Assembly: GCA_033763315.1 (NCBI GenBank)
Contig: JANRKS010000017.1
Span: 64,001 to 128,000, forward strand
DNA: 64,000 nucleotides
Direction: 5' to 3'
DNA from: Deltaproteobacteria bacterium
GTDB lineage: Bacteria > Myxococcota_A > Polyangia > Fen-1088
Shown: one piece after another, positions 9,358-18,613 of the stretch
Layout: each line of letters starts with the position of its first letter
Numbering within the stretch: the stretch's first letter is position 1
Position numbers and translations under genes: made by a program
The notes under the pieces: generated by a model
Seen by the model: the letters and a program-made list of their open reading frames with translations, nothing else
Databases searched by the model: none
What the model was told of the DNA's origin: nothing

Positions 9358-9561
9358 TCACTCGTTGGCGCCGCGTTCGTCGTCTTCCCCTGGGAACTCG
9401 TTAACCGATGGATACTTCATGATTTCCTTGCGGGAAATCTTCCATGCTTTCTGAACGATCCAGGACAGCGACCTATCTTGGCGCGCTGCTTCTTCCTGTA
9501 TCTCCTTCAGCATTTCTTCAGGGAAGTAGAGACTTTGTTTCCTCTTATCGGACCCGGCCAT
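9358..9561 (-). CDS. cdbA: CdbA-like ribbon-helix-helix nucleoid-associated, c-di-GMP-binding protein (TIGR04563 / MXAN_4361 family)
   Basis: MAGSDKRKQSLYFPEEMLKEIQEEAARQDRSLSWIVQKAWKI is closely similar to Myxococcus CdbA as I recall it; GAGGGGAG RBS. Confidence 0.9.
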   Translation of the reverse strand: MAGSDKRKQSLYFPEEMLKEIQEEAARQDRSLSWIVQKAWKISRKEIMKYPSVNEFPGEDDERGANE

Positions 9562-9627
9562 TGAGCTCCCCTCAGTAAGGAATCAGCACTGTGTAATACG
9601 GTCGCGCACATTTAGTCACCGATTTAA

Positions 9628-9692
9628 TTTTCTGTCAAGCAAGTGTCGTTTTCTGTTCGGGTTTTCTGTCTTGGTTTTGTCTTGGTTCTGTT
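9628..9692. repeat. Array of degenerate TTTTCTGT/TGTC direct repeats in the cdbA-dksA intergenic region
   Basis: TTTTCTGT at 9628, 9649 and 9662; TGTCTTGGTT at 9667 and 9678; TGT cores at 9633, 9644, 9654, 9667, 9678 and 9689. A perfect TTGACA lies on the - strand at 9633-9638. Confidence 0.6.
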
Positions 9693-9881
9693 GAGGCTTT
9701 GGGGGCAGGCGATGAAGAAAATGGTTCCACACAGGGCCACTCGCGATAAAATTGGCGCCCCAAGGAACCAAATCGAGGCCAAGGGAGTTCTGGCTTGAGG
9801 CGGGTTTGATTTGTGCTGCAACCACATAGGGCCCATGCCGGGCACGTCCCGGAATGTGACCTTGCCAGGGGGAATCTCACG

Positions 9882-10259
9882 ATGGAAGGCACCCAGCTGA
9901 AGAAGAAGGATCTCAAGAAATGGCGAGACATTCTTGAGAGCCGACGCAAAGAGATCTTGAAGACGGCGCAACGGACGCTGAACGAAGACATGACGCTCGA
10001 CTCCGACGATTTGGCCGACGAAATGGATTTGGCCTCGTCCGAATACCTGCACGCGTTCAACTTTCGCTTACGCGGGCGCGAGAAGCATTACCTGACGAAG
10101 ATCGACGAAGCCATCGAACGCATCGACAACGGGACGTTTGGAATTTGTGAGGAGTGCGATGAACCGATCTCGCCAAAGCGCCTGGAGGCCCGGTTGGAAA
10201 CCACCCTCTGCATTCGCTGCAAGGAGGACCAGGAACGTTTGGAAAAGGCGTACGGATAA
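9882..10259 (+). CDS. dksA: DksA/TraR family C4 zinc-finger RNAP-binding factor
   Basis: Coiled-coil tip DEMDLA (DxxDxA); FGICEECDEPI...RLEA....TLCIRCKE. Confidence 0.9.
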   Translation: MEGTQLKKKDLKKWRDILESRRKEILKTAQRTLNEDMTLDSDDLADEMDLASSEYLHAFNFRLRGREKHYLTKIDEAIERIDNGTFGICEECDEPISPKRLEARLETTLCIRCKEDQERLEKAYG

Positions 10260-10282
10260 GTTCGCCGCCTAAATTCAGGTCT

Positions 10283-10311
10283 AGAACGCCGCGCTCTCTG
10301 TGCGGCGTTTT
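10283..10311 (+). terminator. Intrinsic terminator after dksA
   Basis: AACGCCGCGC-TCTCT-GTGCGGCGTT followed by TT. Confidence 0.65.
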
Positions 10312-10344
10312 GCGTTCTGGCCCGCCGCGCGGGATTCTTAAGGG

Positions 10345-11187
10345 GTGAGGTTGTTGATCGCCGCTTTCGCCGTGTGCTGCACCGCTGGATGTACCGGCGT
10401 TTTTGCGCGCTTGCCAGGCGAGCCCTTGTCGTATGGCGATCACGGCACGGGCCTGCTGTTCAGCCGAGGCAGCCTGCCACCAGACGGCGACGGATACGCC
10501 GTGCCCAGCGCTTGGCGCGTTCGCAACGCGCTTTACACCACACCGCAGATACAGGAGGCGCTCGTCCGTTCGTTTGCTTTGGTGAATCGCCTTTACCCCG
10601 GCAGTGTTGCGCCGTTGGGCGACATTGCCCGCAAGGGTGGGGGCGCGGCGGCGGGACATGGCTCGCATCGCAGCGGGCGTGACGTGGATGTTTTCTTTTA
10701 CGCCCTTGATGGCGAAGGGCGGCCGTTGCCAGCGGGCGAAGCGATGTTGAAGTTCAACAGCCGAGGGCAAGCGGTGGCGTGGTCTCCCCCGTTTGGGCAG
10801 AAGCCCCCTAAGCGACCCATCCCCAAGGCTACGTTCGATGTGAAGCGCTCGTGGGCCCTCGTTCGGGCGTGGTTGACTGACCCTGCCGTGCAGGTGCAGT
10901 GGGTTTTCATTCAAAAAGACCTGGCTGCCATGGTGGTGGCCCAGGCCGTCCGCGAGGGCGAGCCGCCCGACCTCGTCGCAAAGGCCCTGGAACTGTTGCG
11001 ACAACCCGGCGATTCAGCGCCGCACGACGATCACATGCACGTGCGTTTTTATTGTGACCCCGGGCAACGCGCGGCTGGGTGCGTGGACCGAGGGCCGCAA
11101 CGTTGGCTAAAGAAGTACTGGAAGTATCTGCCCGCGCACCCTGCGCCCATGGACGAGCCAACCCTGCTTACCATCGACGTCCGCTGA
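10345..11187 (+). CDS. Penicillin-insensitive murein endopeptidase (MepA-like) lipoprotein
   Basis: GDIARKGGG...HGSHRSGRDVD and HDDHMHVRFYC zinc ligands; N-terminal signal ending TAGC. Confidence 0.85.
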   Translation: MRLLIAAFAVCCTAGCTGVFARLPGEPLSYGDHGTGLLFSRGSLPPDGDGYAVPSAWRVRNALYTTPQIQEALVRSFALVNRLYPGSVAPLGDIARKGGGAAAGHGSHRSGRDVDVFFYALDGEGRPLPAGEAMLKFNSRGQAVAWSPPFGQKPPKRPIPKATFDVKRSWALVRAWLTDPAVQVQWVFIQKDLAAMVVAQAVREGEPPDLVAKALELLRQPGDSAPHDDHMHVRFYCDPGQRAAGCVDRGPQRWLKKYWKYLPAHPAPMDEPTLLTIDVR

Positions 11188-11478
11188 TTCACGCCCGTCT
11201 GTGCGCCACGATGTGGTGTCCGCGGGTTTTGCGCTCTGACGTGAAGGCTGGGGCCGGTCCGACGGTGCGAGCGCTGTTGCCGGATTGTTGCAGAAGCGCG
11301 TTCTGAAGGCCCACGTCGGCGCTTTGTCCACAGGCGCCTTTGTCGCGGTTTTTGTGCGTTTTTGCGCTTCTTCAGCGTGTGTGCGCACACCGCTTCACCT
11401 GAACAAATTGCCTCGTATTTTCTCCGCGCTTTTCGATTGAGTGAAATCTATTCAGTAGAGTACATTGAGTGCCGTCCA

Positions 11479-12078
11479 ATGAAGAGAACTCAGGCACTCG
11501 AGCTGCAAGAAACGCTGCCGAAGCCCGCCGTCGCGCGGGTGTCGGCCGTTTTGGAAGAGCCCGAGTTGCAGGAGATCGAACGCATGTGGCCGGGCGGATT
11601 GACGTCGCGCCAAATCGTCGATGTGTTTGAGTCGCGTGGCGTTCGGTTCTCCGAGGCCACACTTCGCAAGTACGTTCAACTGGGCCTCTTGCCTCGTTCC
11701 GTGCGCGTGGGGCGTAAAGGCAAACACATGGGTTCGATGGGGATTTATCCGTCGAACGTCGTTCGCCGCGTGAACGTGGTGAAAAAGATGATGGCGGACA
11801 ACCACACCATCGAAGACATCCAGCGAGCGTTCGTTCGCTTTAAGGACGACATCGATGCGGTGGAAGTGAGCTTGCGCGAACTTATTTCGGGCTTCGAGCG
11901 TGAAGCCCGCGACGCGAACTTGCCGACCGCACGTCGGCAATCGCTGGAGAAAGAAATTTCAGAGGCCCGGAAAGCGGCGTCCGACTTGGTACGCCGGATC
12001 GCGGACCTCGAGCACAGGTTGTCAATGCCAGACGAGGACTCTGGCACTGCCGTCGGGGGCGGGGCGGATTTGTTCTAG
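11479..12078 (+). CDS. MerR-family HTH DNA-binding protein with C-terminal coiled coil
   Basis: SEATLRKYVQLGLLPRSVRVGRKG...G.YP..VVRRVNVVKKMM...TIEDI winged MerR pattern; ATG at 11479. Confidence 0.75.
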   Translation: MKRTQALELQETLPKPAVARVSAVLEEPELQEIERMWPGGLTSRQIVDVFESRGVRFSEATLRKYVQLGLLPRSVRVGRKGKHMGSMGIYPSNVVRRVNVVKKMMADNHTIEDIQRAFVRFKDDIDAVEVSLRELISGFEREARDANLPTARRQSLEKEISEARKAASDLVRRIADLEHRLSMPDEDSGTAVGGGADLF

Positions 12079-12117
12079 GTGGTGCCTGACTGCCACCAGA
12101 AAAAGGCGAAAAGCGAC

Positions 12118-12660
12118 ATGGATATGGACGAGGTCACAGCAAACGCAAAATCACAGGACTCCAAGGTTAGGCTTAAGGTTTACACCGAGCCCGACGATGC
12201 CACACCGCAACCGGAGGTGGCTCGCTTGCGAAGGAAAGTACGTCCAGATGATGATGGCAGGGTTCGTTCACGGACCATTGCGCGTCGTTACCTGACGAAA
12301 GAAGAAAAGGTTCTCTCAGAAACGCTGCCCTACCCAGAAGAGGTGGAGCGGCCCCACACGCGCGAACAATGCTTGACCATGCCCCGGCCTTGCCCGTTCG
12401 TAAGCTGTGGTCATCACTTATACCTGGACGTGAATCCGGAAAGTGGCGCCATCAAGCTGAACTTCCCTCATCTAGAGGTGTGGGAAATGCCTGAGACGTG
12501 CGCCCTTGACGTGGCGGATCGTGGCGGCACCACTTTGGAAGAGGTGGGCGCCATCATGAATCTGACCCGCGAGCGCATTCGTCAGGTCGAGGTGCGTGGG
12601 CTCCAGAAGCTGCGCACCAACAAGGACGTGGAGCTCGACCTGCCGCCTGAGCGCCCGTAG
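12118..12660 (+). CDS. Sigma-70 region 4-like HTH DNA-binding protein with Cys/His-rich domain
   Basis: [27 protein letters not shown] (sigma region 4) preceded by C.....[11 protein letters not shown]...TCALD. No sigma region 2. Confidence 0.8.
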   Translation: MDMDEVTANAKSQDSKVRLKVYTEPDDATPQPEVARLRRKVRPDDDGRVRSRTIARRYLTKEEKVLSETLPYPEEVERPHTREQCLTMPRPCPFVSCGHHLYLDVNPESGAIKLNFPHLEVWEMPETCALDVADRGGTTLEEVGAIMNLTRERIRQVEVRGLQKLRTNKDVELDLPPERP

Positions 12661-12805
12661 TCTGTTCGCTTGACGCCTTTTTGTAACGCCGTTCGCGTGT
12701 GCCCACTAGATGACCTCGGGCCGCGGACGGCGTTCTTATTTCCCGCGGGCGGGCCGGCGCACGTTTGGGAAGAACCATCCCGGCGCTTGGAGCATCATAA
12801 GCACA

Positions 12806-14236
12806 ATGGCTGCCATCGCGACTTCTCCCCTCGATCAGATCGATGCCAAACTCGCGGAACGTTTGTTGGCTGCAGCCCTCGAAGGCGGCGCTGATTACGC
12901 GGACCTTTATTTTGAATACGCGGCGGGAGCCCATTTCGGCTTCGAAGACGGCCAGGTCAAAAGCGTTGGCAAGGGCGTGACGTTGGGGTTGGGCGTTCGC
13001 GTACTGAAAGGCGACTCCACAGGTTACGCTTACACCGAAGAGCTGGCTGAAGATCGCATGCTGGAAGCCGCTCGCACCGCGGGGCGGATCGCGGCGGCGG
13101 GCGGCGGTGCTGGGCCCGTGGCTTTGACGCGCGTGTCGGGGCTCGATCTGTACAAGATCAACGAGGCACCTTGGGATCGACCGGGCGCCGAGAAGGTCGA
13201 GATGTTGCGGCAGGCCGATCGCGCGGCTCGTGCTTATGACCCGAGGATTGTGCGCGTGGAGGTTGGATGGGGCGAGAGCCTTAAGGACGTTCTTGTGGTC
13301 ACCTCAGATGGAAAGATCGCGCGCGATTTTCAACCGATGATCCGCTTCACAGTGGGTGCGGTGGCTGAAGAAGGGGGACAACGGCAAACGGGGCGTTCGG
13401 CGGGAGCCGCGCGCCGCGGGATGGAGCTGTTTCGCATTGAGGGCCAAAGTCCGAGCGAACACGGCACCGAAGCGGCGCGCTTGGCCATCGCGATGCTCAA
13501 GGCCGAGGACGCGCCGGCGGGGCCGATGGAAGTGGTGCTGGGCCCGGGCGAATCAGGAATTTTGTTGCACGAGGCGGTGGGTCATGGCCTGGAGGCAGAC
13601 TTCAACCGCAAGAAGACATCGAACTATACCGACATGATCGGCCAGTCCGTGGCTTCTCCTTTGGTGACCGTGGTGGACGACGGCACCTTGATGAACGCGC
13701 GTGGTTCAATCAACGTGGATGACGAAGGCAACCCCGGTAGGCGCAATGTGCTCATCGAAAACGGCAAGCTGGTGGCGTACATGCAGGATCGCATTTCGTC
13801 GAAGCACTTCGGCACCCAAGCCTCGGGCAACGGCCGGCGCGAAAGCTTCCGACATGAACCGCTGCCCCGCATGACGAACACATTGATGATGGCGGGCCAA
13901 GATGAACCGGGTGACATCATCCGTTCGGTTAAGAAGGGCATCTACGCGAAACACTTTTCGGGTGGCCAAGTGAACATTTCAAACGGCGACTTCGTGTTTT
14001 CGTTGACGGAGAGTTATCTCATTGAAGATGGCAAACTCACGGCGCCGCTCAAAGGCGTGAACTTGATTGGCAACGGGCCGGACGTGCTGCGCAAGGTGGT
14101 GATGGTGGGCAACGATTTCCAGTTGTCGCCCGGCACTTGGACGTGCGGCAAAGATGGGCAGAGCGTGCCTGTGGGCATTGGCAATCCCACGATGAAGATT
14201 TCGGAGATCACTGTGGGAGGCACAAAAGCGCAATGA
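12806..14236 (+). CDS. tldD: Metalloprotease TldD
   Basis: GILLHEAVGHGLEADFNRK, DDEGNP, GNGRRES, PRMTNT, CGKDGQSVPVG. Confidence 0.95.
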   Translation: MAAIATSPLDQIDAKLAERLLAAALEGGADYADLYFEYAAGAHFGFEDGQVKSVGKGVTLGLGVRVLKGDSTGYAYTEELAEDRMLEAARTAGRIAAAGGGAGPVALTRVSGLDLYKINEAPWDRPGAEKVEMLRQADRAARAYDPRIVRVEVGWGESLKDVLVVTSDGKIARDFQPMIRFTVGAVAEEGGQRQTGRSAGAARRGMELFRIEGQSPSEHGTEAARLAIAMLKAEDAPAGPMEVVLGPGESGILLHEAVGHGLEADFNRKKTSNYTDMIGQSVASPLVTVVDDGTLMNARGSINVDDEGNPGRRNVLIENGKLVAYMQDRISSKHFGTQASGNGRRESFRHEPLPRMTNTLMMAGQDEPGDIIRSVKKGIYAKHFSGGQVNISNGDFVFSLTESYLIEDGKLTAPLKGVNLIGNGPDVLRKVVMVGNDFQLSPGTWTCGKDGQSVPVGIGNPTMKISEITVGGTKAQ

Positions 14237-15606
14237 GCACGAACAAACGATTGCCCGAAGCGGCGGCCTGTCAGCGGGCCGCTGAGCAGATGCTCTCCTA
14301 TGCGCTTGAGGCCGGCGCCGATGGCGTTGAAGTGATGGTGCGCGATGGTGCCGAGCTTGAAGTGCGGTTGCGCTTGGGCGAGCCAGAGCTCATCAAAGAG
14401 GCAGGTAGCCGTGCTTTGGGTTTGCGGGTCATCAAAGATCAGCGGCCTGCCGTGACGTATACGTCGGACTTCACCGAAGAAGGCCTGCGCCGCTTGGCGC
14501 GCGAGAGCGTTGAGCTGGCTTCGCTGGCCGAGCCCGATCCGTTCGCGCTGTTGCCCGCTCGAGAAGTGATGGCGCGCACCGTGCCCGACTTGGATCTGTG
14601 GGACGACGAAGTTCCGAATCTAACTGTGGAACTGGCGCTGGAATGGACCAAGCGCGGTGAAGCCGCCGCACAAGCCCGCGACAAACGCATCACCAATTCA
14701 GATGGAGCGTCGTTCTCACGCGTGGTGGGCGCCACCGCGTTTGCGACGTCCGCAGGTTTTTCGGGCGGCTACCGCGGCACGTATGTTTCGTTGGTGGTGC
14801 AGCCCTTGGCTGACGACGAAGGCGGCAAAAAGCGCAACGGCAGCTGGTGGACAGGGGGGCGGTTCGTTTCGGCCTTGGAGACGCCTGAATCGGTGGGCCA
14901 GACGGCCGCCGATCGCACGCTTGCTCAATTGGGTTCGCAAAAAGTGGCCACCTGCGAGGTGCCGGTGATCTTCGCTCCTGAAGCGGGCCGGTCATTGATG
15001 GGGAAATTGGCGGGCGTGACATCTGGCGGGGCAGTGTGGCGTAAGAGCACGTACTTGGCAGACCGAGAGGGAACCGAGGTGGCTTCGCCTTTGATTCACA
15101 TCGTTGACGATCCCTTGATCCCGCGGGCTCCCGGCTCACGGCCCTTTGATGGTGAGGGTCTGGCGAGCCGTCCGAATGTGATCGTTGACGGGGGAATTCT
15201 GCGCACCTTCTTGTGCGATACCTACGCCGCTCGCAAACTCAACCGTGTGTCGACGGGGTCAGCGGGGCGAGGCATTGGTGGCAGCGCGCACGTGACGACA
15301 TCCAACTTGATCTTACGCGCGGGCAGCACGCCGAAGGCGAAGCTTGAGCAGTTGCCTGAAGCGTTTTATGTCACGCATTTGATGGGCTTTGGATTCAATG
15401 CGGTGACGGGAGATTTTTCTCAGGGCGCTTCGGGGTTTTGGATCAAGAACGGCGAACGCGCCTTTCCCGTCAGCGAAGTCACGATCTCTTCAAGCTTTGA
15501 CAACCTTTGGAAAAACGTTGATGCCTTGGGCGACGATCTAGACGCACGTTCCTCCGTGCAGGTCCCGACCATTCGCGTGTCGCATATGATGATCGCTGGC
15601 CGCTGA
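14233..15606 (+). CDS. pmbA: TldE/PmbA protein
   Basis: ATGA overlap with tldD; SRPFDGEG, STGSAGR, TGDFSQGASGFWI, PVSEVTI; lacks HExxxH. Confidence 0.9.
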   Translation: MSTNKRLPEAAACQRAAEQMLSYALEAGADGVEVMVRDGAELEVRLRLGEPELIKEAGSRALGLRVIKDQRPAVTYTSDFTEEGLRRLARESVELASLAEPDPFALLPAREVMARTVPDLDLWDDEVPNLTVELALEWTKRGEAAAQARDKRITNSDGASFSRVVGATAFATSAGFSGGYRGTYVSLVVQPLADDEGGKKRNGSWWTGGRFVSALETPESVGQTAADRTLAQLGSQKVATCEVPVIFAPEAGRSLMGKLAGVTSGGAVWRKSTYLADREGTEVASPLIHIVDDPLIPRAPGSRPFDGEGLASRPNVIVDGGILRTFLCDTYAARKLNRVSTGSAGRGIGGSAHVTTSNLILRAGSTPKAKLEQLPEAFYVTHLMGFGFNAVTGDFSQGASGFWIKNGERAFPVSEVTISSSFDNLWKNVDALGDDLDARSSVQVPTIRVSHMMIAGR

Positions 15607-15622
15607 GGTGTGAGGCGCAGCG

Positions 15623-15979
15623 ATGTTCGAGGTCAGCATCGTCGGCGGCCTGATTGTGTTTGGCGCGATCGTTGCGTTGCTGTCAGGCGAGGGCTTGATC
15701 TTCGGTGGCGCTCTGTTGACGGCGTTGGGCTTTGTGGTGGGAGTCCCGGCCGCGTTTGTGTATCACGCGAAGCTTTACGCGGCGCTCAAGCGCGCGGGTG
15801 TGGTGCCTGCAAGGTGGTGGATTTCGCCCATGAAGCACCACGAGACGGCCGGTGAGCGTGCCGAAGAGGGCTTCGCCTGGGCGTTTCGCTTGGGAGCGGC
15901 CGGTTTCGTTGTGATTGTCTTGGGCTGCCTTTTGGCCGCAATCGGCCTGTGGAAGCTGCGGGTGCAGGGCGACGCGTAA
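15623..15979 (+). CDS. Small membrane protein (3 predicted TM helices), unknown function
   Basis: 118-aa hydrophobic ORF with a GAGG RBS, directly after pmbA. Confidence 0.65.
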   Translation: MFEVSIVGGLIVFGAIVALLSGEGLIFGGALLTALGFVVGVPAAFVYHAKLYAALKRAGVVPARWWISPMKHHETAGERAEEGFAWAFRLGAAGFVVIVLGCLLAAIGLWKLRVQGDA

Positions 15980-16018
15980 ATGGTCCCCCCCCTTGCGAAA
16001 TTTCAGCTTGCGCTTTCG

Positions 16019-16032
16019 TTAACCTAGGTTAA
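16019..16032. promoter_or_regulatory. Perfect 14-bp palindrome, probable MarR operator
   Basis: TTAACCTAGGTTAA lies 10 nt upstream of the MarR GTG start in an AT-rich promoter patch (TTGCGC at 16008). Confidence 0.7.
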
Positions 16033-16042
16033 ATATTGAGCT

Positions 16043-16537
16043 GTGGCAAAGACTGCGCATGACGAAATCCATACGGCGATCGCTGGTCTGCAGCGGTTGG
16101 CGGATGCGTTTGGCGTGCGGCGCAGCCAGTTGGCGGGGGTGGTTGGCTTAACGGATCACCAGTGGGGTGTGCTGGAGGAGATCGCCACGGAGCACTTCAT
16201 GCCCAGCATGTTTGCGCGCCGGCGCCAAAGTTCGGCCGCGGCTGTTTCGAAGACGTTGCGACAACTGTTGGATAAAGGGCTGATTGCTGCAGAAGTGTCG
16301 AAGGGGGATGGCCGGCAACGCGACTATGTGTTGACAGCCAAGGGAGAGAAGATCATGAGCCGCCTGCGCGAAAGCCGCCAAGGCGCGATTGATGAGATTT
16401 GGGCTGATCTGGATAGGCAAGACTTGAAGGCGTTTGCGCGGTTCTCTGCGCAGTTGGCCGACCGCTTGGAACGATATGCAGAGCGAATTGGGAGCAAGGA
16501 AGACAATGGGAAAGACGCTGTACGAAAAGGTGTTTGA
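16043..16537 (+). CDS. MarR-family transcriptional regulator
   Basis: [10 protein letters not shown]...[16 protein letters not shown]......[13 protein letters not shown]. Confidence 0.9.
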   Translation: MAKTAHDEIHTAIAGLQRLADAFGVRRSQLAGVVGLTDHQWGVLEEIATEHFMPSMFARRRQSSAAAVSKTLRQLLDKGLIAAEVSKGDGRQRDYVLTAKGEKIMSRLRESRQGAIDEIWADLDRQDLKAFARFSAQLADRLERYAERIGSKEDNGKDAVRKGV

Positions 16538-17921
16538 GCGCCACACGGTGGCACGTTTGCCTTCGGGGCAATACCAACTGTTGATGGGCCTGCACCTGAT
16601 TCACGAGGTCACCTCGCCCCAGGCGTTCAGCATGATCGACGAGCGCGGGCTCAAGGTGATGTACCCACAGCGCACGTTCGCGACTGTGGATCACATCGTG
16701 CCCACCACCAGCCAATTGCGGCCGTTCGCGGATTCGTTGGCGGAACAAATGATGGTGCACTTGGAACGCAACGTGAAGAAGCACAACATCCGCTTCTTTG
16801 CGCCGGAGCGCCATGAGCAAGGCATCGTGCACGTGGTTGGCCCTGAGCAAGGCTTAACCCAACCAGGCATGACGATTTGCTGCGGCGATTCTCACACGTC
16901 CACGCACGGCGCGTTTGGCGCGATCGCGTTCGGCATCGGCACATCGCAAGTGCGCGACGTTTTGGCCACGCAAACCTTGGCGATGGGCAAACTCAAAGTG
17001 CGTCGCATCGAGGTCAACGGCAAGTTGCGTCCCGGCGTGTATGCGAAAGATGTGGTGCTCTACATCACCAACAAGCTGGGCGTGAACGGCGGCGTGGGTT
17101 ATGCGTATGAATACGCGGGCGATGTGTTCGACAACTTCACGATGGATGAGCGCATGACTGTGTGCAACATGTCCATCGAAGGCGGCGCACGTTGTGGCTA
17201 CGTCAATCCAGACAACACCACGTACGAATACCTCAAGGGCCGGCCTTACGCGCCCAAAGGTGCTGCGTGGGATAAGGCCGTGGCTGATTGGAACAGCTTG
17301 CGCAGCGATGCGGACGCCGCTTACGACGACGTCGTGAAATACAACGCCGCCGACATCGAGCCGATGGTTACCTGGGGCATCACGCCGGGGCAATCTGTGG
17401 GCGTCAAAGACGCAATCCCTGCGAAGTCTGCGTTCCCCGCGGATGAGCAAGAGTCGGCCGACGAGGCGTACAAGTATATGTCTTTCGACGCGGGGCAACC
17501 CATCGCCGGCACGAAGATCAACGTTGCCTTTATCGGGTCGTGCACCAATGGACGCCTAAGTGACTTCGAAGAAGTGGTGCGTTTGCTCAAGCGCGGTTCA
17601 TTCAAGGTGGCCGAAGGCGTGCGTGCGCTAGTGGTACCTGGCTCACAAACGGTGCAAGCCGAAATGGTGAAGCGTGGATATGACAAGCTGTTCACGGAGG
17701 CAGGCTTTGAGTTCCGCGAAGCGGGCTGCTCGATGTGCTTGGCGATGAATCCCGACAAGCTCAAAGGGCGCGAGGTGTGCGCTTCGTCCTCGAACCGAAA
17801 TTTCAAGGGCCGTCAGGGCTCGCCCACAGGACGTACCTTGTTGATGAGCCCTGCGATGGTGGCGGCGGCCGCGATCAAGGGCGAAGTCACCGACGCGCGG
17901 GAACTGTTTTCGATCTCGTAG
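16506..17921 (+). CDS. leuC: 3-isopropylmalate dehydratase large subunit
   Basis: [57 protein letters not shown]. Confidence 0.97.
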   Translation: MGKTLYEKVFERHTVARLPSGQYQLLMGLHLIHEVTSPQAFSMIDERGLKVMYPQRTFATVDHIVPTTSQLRPFADSLAEQMMVHLERNVKKHNIRFFAPERHEQGIVHVVGPEQGLTQPGMTICCGDSHTSTHGAFGAIAFGIGTSQVRDVLATQTLAMGKLKVRRIEVNGKLRPGVYAKDVVLYITNKLGVNGGVGYAYEYAGDVFDNFTMDERMTVCNMSIEGGARCGYVNPDNTTYEYLKGRPYAPKGAAWDKAVADWNSLRSDADAAYDDVVKYNAADIEPMVTWGITPGQSVGVKDAIPAKSAFPADEQESADEAYKYMSFDAGQPIAGTKINVAFIGSCTNGRLSDFEEVVRLLKRGSFKVAEGVRALVVPGSQTVQAEMVKRGYDKLFTEAGFEFREAGCSMCLAMNPDKLKGREVCASSSNRNFKGRQGSPTGRTLLMSPAMVAAAAIKGEVTDARELFSIS

Positions 17922-17947
17922 TGGTTGCCAGCCAGAAGGATAAGACA

Positions 17948-18562
17948 ATGGAAGACGTGAAACGAACAGTGTTAAGCGGGCACGCGTTGCCCTTGCGTGG
18001 CAACGACATCGACACGGATCGCATCATCCCCGCGCGCTTCTTACGCACGGTCACCTTCGAAGGCCTGGGCGACCACGCCTTTGAGGACGATCGTTTGCAG
18101 CTCAAAGCCGCGGGCAAGACGCACGCCTACGATGAACCGCGGTTTGCGGGCGCGCAGGTGTTGTTGGTGAACAAGAACTTCGGCTGCGGCTCTTCGCGTG
18201 AACACGCCCCACAAGCGATCATGCGGTGGGGCAAGGGCGTCAAGGTCATCATCGGCGAAAGCTTCGCTGAGATTTTCTACGGCAACTGCATCGCGCTTGG
18301 CATCCCGTGCCCGACAGTTTCGGAAGCCACGATTGAGGCGCTGCAATCGGCGGTTGAAGCCGCTGCCTCGCTGCAGGTCACTGTTGATCTCAACAGCAAG
18401 ACGATCACGTGTGGCGACAAGACGTTCCCCTTCGATATGCCGGAGGGGCCGCGCCAACAATTCCTCGAAGGCCGCTGGGATTCCTCCGCTGAACTGTTGG
18501 CCAACGCGAGCAAGATCGCGCAAACAGCGAGCAAGCTCCCCTACTTCAACGACTTTCAATAG
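17948..18562 (+). CDS. leuD: 3-isopropylmalate dehydratase small subunit
   Basis: [34 protein letters not shown]. Confidence 0.97.
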   Translation: MEDVKRTVLSGHALPLRGNDIDTDRIIPARFLRTVTFEGLGDHAFEDDRLQLKAAGKTHAYDEPRFAGAQVLLVNKNFGCGSSREHAPQAIMRWGKGVKVIIGESFAEIFYGNCIALGIPCPTVSEATIEALQSAVEAAASLQVTVDLNSKTITCGDKTFPFDMPEGPRQQFLEGRWDSSAELLANASKIAQTASKLPYFNDFQ

Positions 18563-18578
18563 TCGGCGGCAAGAACGT

Positions 18579-18611
18579 GGTGCGGAGACGCTGCAACGAG
18601 GTCTCTGCACC
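18579..18611. terminator. Hairpin between convergent leuD and kinase genes
   Basis: GGTGCGGAGAC / GTCTCTGCACC inverted repeat (one G-U pair). Confidence 0.55.
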
Positions 18612-18613
18612 GT

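Noticed and set aside
11324-11390. DnaA-box-like TTGTCCACA and the GTGTGCGCACAC palindrome
   Set aside because: A single mismatched box with no cluster, DUE or dnaA context; expected by chance.
16496-17957. Similar start regions of leuC (AAGGAAGACAATGGGAAAGACG) and leuD (AAGGATAAGACAATGGAAGACG)
   Set aside because: Explained by RBS plus start-codon constraints; no evidence of a regulatory repeat.
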